Below are positions 33,363 through 35,870 of a stretch of 35,870 bases of DNA, piece after piece. The position numbers were made by a program, and so were the translations under genes. The number at the start of each line of letters is the position of its first letter. Position 1 is the first letter of the stretch. The DNA is from Bacteroidales bacterium (GTDB taxonomy: Bacteria; Bacteroidota; Bacteroidia; Bacteroidales; UBA4181): NCBI GenBank assembly GCA_031264715.1, contig JAISDP010000231.1:1-35870 (forward strand). The letters are read 5' to 3'. The notes under the pieces are model-generated. The model was not told where the DNA came from, searched no databases, and was given only the letters and a program-made list of their open reading frames with translations.

Positions 33363-34444
33363 AAGAATATTATTCGCCCGCAGACTTCGACGGAGCGCCC
33401 AAGTATGACGCCCATATACACTATCATACATTCGACGGCCTGTTTGTACGCAAGGCGGCAAAAGCCGGCCTGCATCTTTTAACCGTCAACACGAATTTTG
33501 ACATCCTGCCGATAGATGTGCAGTTTGAAATCAGCCGGTCTCTTCACCTGCGCCATCCGCAAACATTCAATTTCCTCGGCGCTTTTGACGCGACAAATTT
33601 CGCTTCTGAAACATTTGCGGATGACTCCGTAAGGCAGATTAAAAAATGCAGGGCTGCAGGAGCAAGAGGTATTAAGATATGGAAAAATGCAGGAATGGTC
33701 TTGAAAAATGAGGCCGGACAGTATCTCATGGCCGATGATCCCCTGTTCGACCCGATATACGCATTCCTCGAAAAAGAAAAAATACCGCTGCTGGCCCATT
33801 TGGGCGAGCCCCGCAATTGCTGGTTACCGCTCGAACGGATGACGACCCATTCCGATCGACAGTATTACAGCAAAAATCCCCAATTTCACATGTACCTGCA
33901 TCCCGAAACGCCATCCTGCGAACAGCAGATCGCGGCGCGGGACCGCATACTGGAGCGTTACCCCGGATTGATATTCGTCGGCGCCCATTTGGGAAGTATG
34001 GAATGGAGTCTGGAGGAGCTGGCAAATCGATTTGACAGGTTCCCCAATTTTTACGTTGACCTTTCGGGACGTATTACTCATATCTTTGAGCAGACGTTTC
34101 GAAACAGGAATGGTGTGATTGATTTTTTTCAAACTTACCGGGACAGGGTAATGTACGGCCTGGATTACTTTGTGTCTCCAAATGGCAGCCGGAACTGGAT
34201 GCGCCCCGTGTGTAAATGTTTTCCCCGCGTGTATATGAACTGGCTGTTTGGACACTTATACGGGGAAATCGAAAAACACTGGCTGTTTTTCGCTACCGAT
34301 CAGGTGATCAAAACGGGAAAGGTACTTAACACGCCCTTATCGCCCAGGTATATCAAAGGAATCAGATTGCCGAAAGATACAGTAGACCGTATCTTTTATG
34401 AGAATGTGCGTCGCGTTTATTTGAATTCGAATTTAAATGGCTAA
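33359..34444 (+). CDS. Amidohydrolase-superfamily metal-dependent hydrolase (amidohydrolase-2-like)
   Basis: The GTG start overlaps the GT26 stop (GTGA). N-terminal metal-ligand motif DAHIHYH, with later VGAHLG and YVDLSG blocks consistent with a TIM-barrel amidohydrolase. The 3' end overlaps the next gene by 8 nt. Confidence 0.7.
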   Translation: MKEYYSPADFDGAPKYDAHIHYHTFDGLFVRKAAKAGLHLLTVNTNFDILPIDVQFEISRSLHLRHPQTFNFLGAFDATNFASETFADDSVRQIKKCRAAGARGIKIWKNAGMVLKNEAGQYLMADDPLFDPIYAFLEKEKIPLLAHLGEPRNCWLPLERMTTHSDRQYYSKNPQFHMYLHPETPSCEQQIAARDRILERYPGLIFVGAHLGSMEWSLEELANRFDRFPNFYVDLSGRITHIFEQTFRNRNGVIDFFQTYRDRVMYGLDYFVSPNGSRNWMRPVCKCFPRVYMNWLFGHLYGEIEKHWLFFATDQVIKTGKVLNTPLSPRYIKGIRLPKDTVDRIFYENVRRVYLNSNLNG

Positions 34445-35498
34445 AGAGAGGATATATACGATTGATATTGCCAGGGCAATATCAATTATGCTGGTGGTTG
34501 CCGGACACTTTAAGCCGGATGGCAGTCCCGACTGGTGGATGTCAATTTACCATGTGCTTCATACGTTCAGGATGCCGCTTTTCCTGGCGGTAAGCGGCTA
34601 CACCTACATATATCTGGAGCGGGAAAGAGCGGACAAGCGCAGGAGTTATGGGAAGTTTGTACTGCATAAATTTCAACGCTTGATGATCCCGTATTTTTTC
34701 ATTTCTGTTTTTGTGATTGGTACCAAGCTGCTTCTCGGTTCCGGCGCTACTGACAATCCGGTTTCATGGGCGTCTTTCCATGAAATGTTTTATTATCCGG
34801 CGGCAGCCCCGTTCGTATGGTTTGTATATGTGCTGTTCTTTATATTTTTGGTGGTTCCCCTTTTCAAAACGCGCAAGGGATTGGCGGTTCTTTTTGTAGC
34901 GGCGCTCATATTGCATTTCGCGCCCGTTCATTTGCCGGACAAATTTTTGTATGTATCCTACATCAAAAACATGCTGGTGTTTTTTGTTGCGGGATGCCTG
35001 TTCCACGAGTTGCGTAATGTCCGGGCTTTCGTCATGAATATGAATTTCCTCGTTTTTGTTGTGCTTTTTGTTTTATTTTACATGGCAAAACAAAAACAAT
35101 GGGACATGGAGGATATGCCGGTATGTTCCTTCATGGCTTCACTGACCGGCGCGGCCCTGATCATCAAAATAGCCAAATTCATTTCAGAGACCGGAAAAGT
35201 ACAACAGGTATTTTTATCGGTATCGGCCTGTTCATATACGATATACCTGTTTCACACAACTTTTGAAGGCTTTACCAAAGCGGTGTTCGCAAAATTGCCG
35301 CTGCAACTGTATATCGGAGATACGGCCGCATTTGTGATCGAAGCGGTAACAGTGATTTCAGCCGGCATCATTTTACCCATGATCTTGCACTACGTCATTA
35401 CCCGGAAAAGCAAAATAGTATCCTACCTGATAGGGGCAAAGTATAAAAAACAATCACTGCTGTCCGGTAAAATTTTATGTGGGGAGCAATTCAAATAA
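34437..35498 (+). CDS. Acyltransferase family 3 membrane protein (third copy, not a close paralog of the first two)
   Basis: N-terminal IYTIDIARAISIMLVVAGHF motif and about 10 hydrophobic helices. Confidence 0.8.
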   Translation: MAKERIYTIDIARAISIMLVVAGHFKPDGSPDWWMSIYHVLHTFRMPLFLAVSGYTYIYLERERADKRRSYGKFVLHKFQRLMIPYFFISVFVIGTKLLLGSGATDNPVSWASFHEMFYYPAAAPFVWFVYVLFFIFLVVPLFKTRKGLAVLFVAALILHFAPVHLPDKFLYVSYIKNMLVFFVAGCLFHELRNVRAFVMNMNFLVFVVLFVLFYMAKQKQWDMEDMPVCSFMASLTGAALIIKIAKFISETGKVQQVFLSVSACSYTIYLFHTTFEGFTKAVFAKLPLQLYIGDTAAFVIEAVTVISAGIILPMILHYVITRKSKIVSYLIGAKYKKQSLLSGKILCGEQFK

Positions 35499-35543
35499 TT
35501 TGAATTGCTCCCGGTGCAGGTGCATTCGTTGCAATACAGGGTG

Positions 35544-35625
35544 TTGCCCGTCAGGGTATTCATATCAATAGCATCCATGCGGAAAACATCAACAAATCTC
35601 CGCAGGAGATTCATCATGTGAAACC
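35544..35625. repeat. 82-bp element 'B' (inverted partner of 28641-28722)
   Basis: See 28584-28722. It contains CCCGTCAGGGTATTCATATCAATAG (35547-35571) and the palindrome AATCTCC-GCA-GGAGATT. Confidence 0.9.
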
Positions 35626-35654
35626 CTGTATCCTCAACGCGACAATTCCTGGAA

Positions 35655-35758
35655 ACGTTCTTAATCAGGAATTGTTTTATATCTTCGCACGACGGCATAT
35701 TGGTAGCCCTTTCAAGTGTAAATTACGTTCCAACGTGTATAAATTGCACTCCCGGTAG
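35655..35758 (+). repeat. Repeat element A' (paralog of 25360-25470) with only about 1-2 copies of the 21-bp unit
   Basis: ACGTTCTTAATCAGGAATTGTTTTATATCTTCGCACGACGGCATATTGGTAG...TTTCAAGT, then GTAAATTACGTTCCAACGTGT (35717-35737) and a degenerate ATAAATTGCACTCCCGGTAGC (35738-35758). Confidence 0.85.
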
Positions 35759-35870
35759 CAAATAATTTTTTATTTTTGAACAAAAACCATTTATATTTGC
35801 CGTCGGTTTTTTGATTCAAAAACATCTTGGTCATGTCAAAATCCCTGGACAATTTGTTGCCAATAATGTT

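Noticed and set aside
35833-35870. Possible start of a further plus-strand gene (ATG at 35833, MSKSLDNLLPIM...) after a TATATTTG box at 35793-35800
   Set aside because: Only 12 complete codons are visible before the window ends, which is not enough to call a CDS.
1-35870. tRNA, rRNA, riboswitch, transposase/IS, prophage or known defence-system genes
   Set aside because: By eye I found no cloverleaf-like segments, rRNA-like stretches, DDE/tyrosine/serine recombinase motifs or defence-associated domains in the ORF set. A covariance-model scan (Rfam, tRNAscan) of the long spacers 3755-4119, 9881-10243, 19261-19505 and 28528-29164 would be the decisive check.

Overview
This looks like a Bacteroidota (Bacteroidales-like) chromosomal window. 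The evidence is a T9SS type-B cargo/PorP-SprF gene pair, TAnnTTTG promoter-like boxes, Tat-exported Gfo/Idh/MocA enzymes and a Bacteroidetes-type short Wza. Layout: (i) 0.1-2.8 kb holds a tightly overlapping SRPBCC / MarR / Ser-type sulfatase-HEAT operon. (ii) 3-9.9 kb holds a DUF4197 lipoprotein, a secreted GH20 hexosaminidase, two Tat-exported oxidoreductases and a Tat-exported TIM-barrel protein. (iii) 10.2-11.9 kb holds an orphan ECF sigma factor and ruvB. (iv) 12.2-15.7 kb holds a T9SS type-B cargo adhesin translationally coupled to a PorP/SprF gene. (v) 16-35.5 kb is a co-directional Wzx/Wzy-dependent polysaccharide locus. It encodes Wza, Wzc, two tandem acyltransferase-3 paralogs, Wzy, Wzx, GT2, an LbH acetyltransferase, GT2, GT4, GH5, GT26, an amidohydrolase and a third acyltransferase-3. 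I recognise no transposase, integrase, CRISPR array, tRNA/rRNA or known defence system. The only recognisable toxin-antitoxin pair is a higBA module. The unusual part is non-coding. The polysaccharide locus is split into modules by dense repeat DNA. This includes a 12.7-copy 21-bp tandem array at 25450-25717 and a 68-74 bp tandem repeat at 26683-26855. It also includes 13 copies of a 'GC mini-hairpin + CATATYRRTAG' motif, almost all co-oriented with transcription. Nested direct and inverted repeat pairs bracket a 6.8-kb six-gene module and a GC-rich orphan gene. I cannot show that this is a new system. It is the structure that ordinary annotation does not explain, and all functional readings of it are inference.
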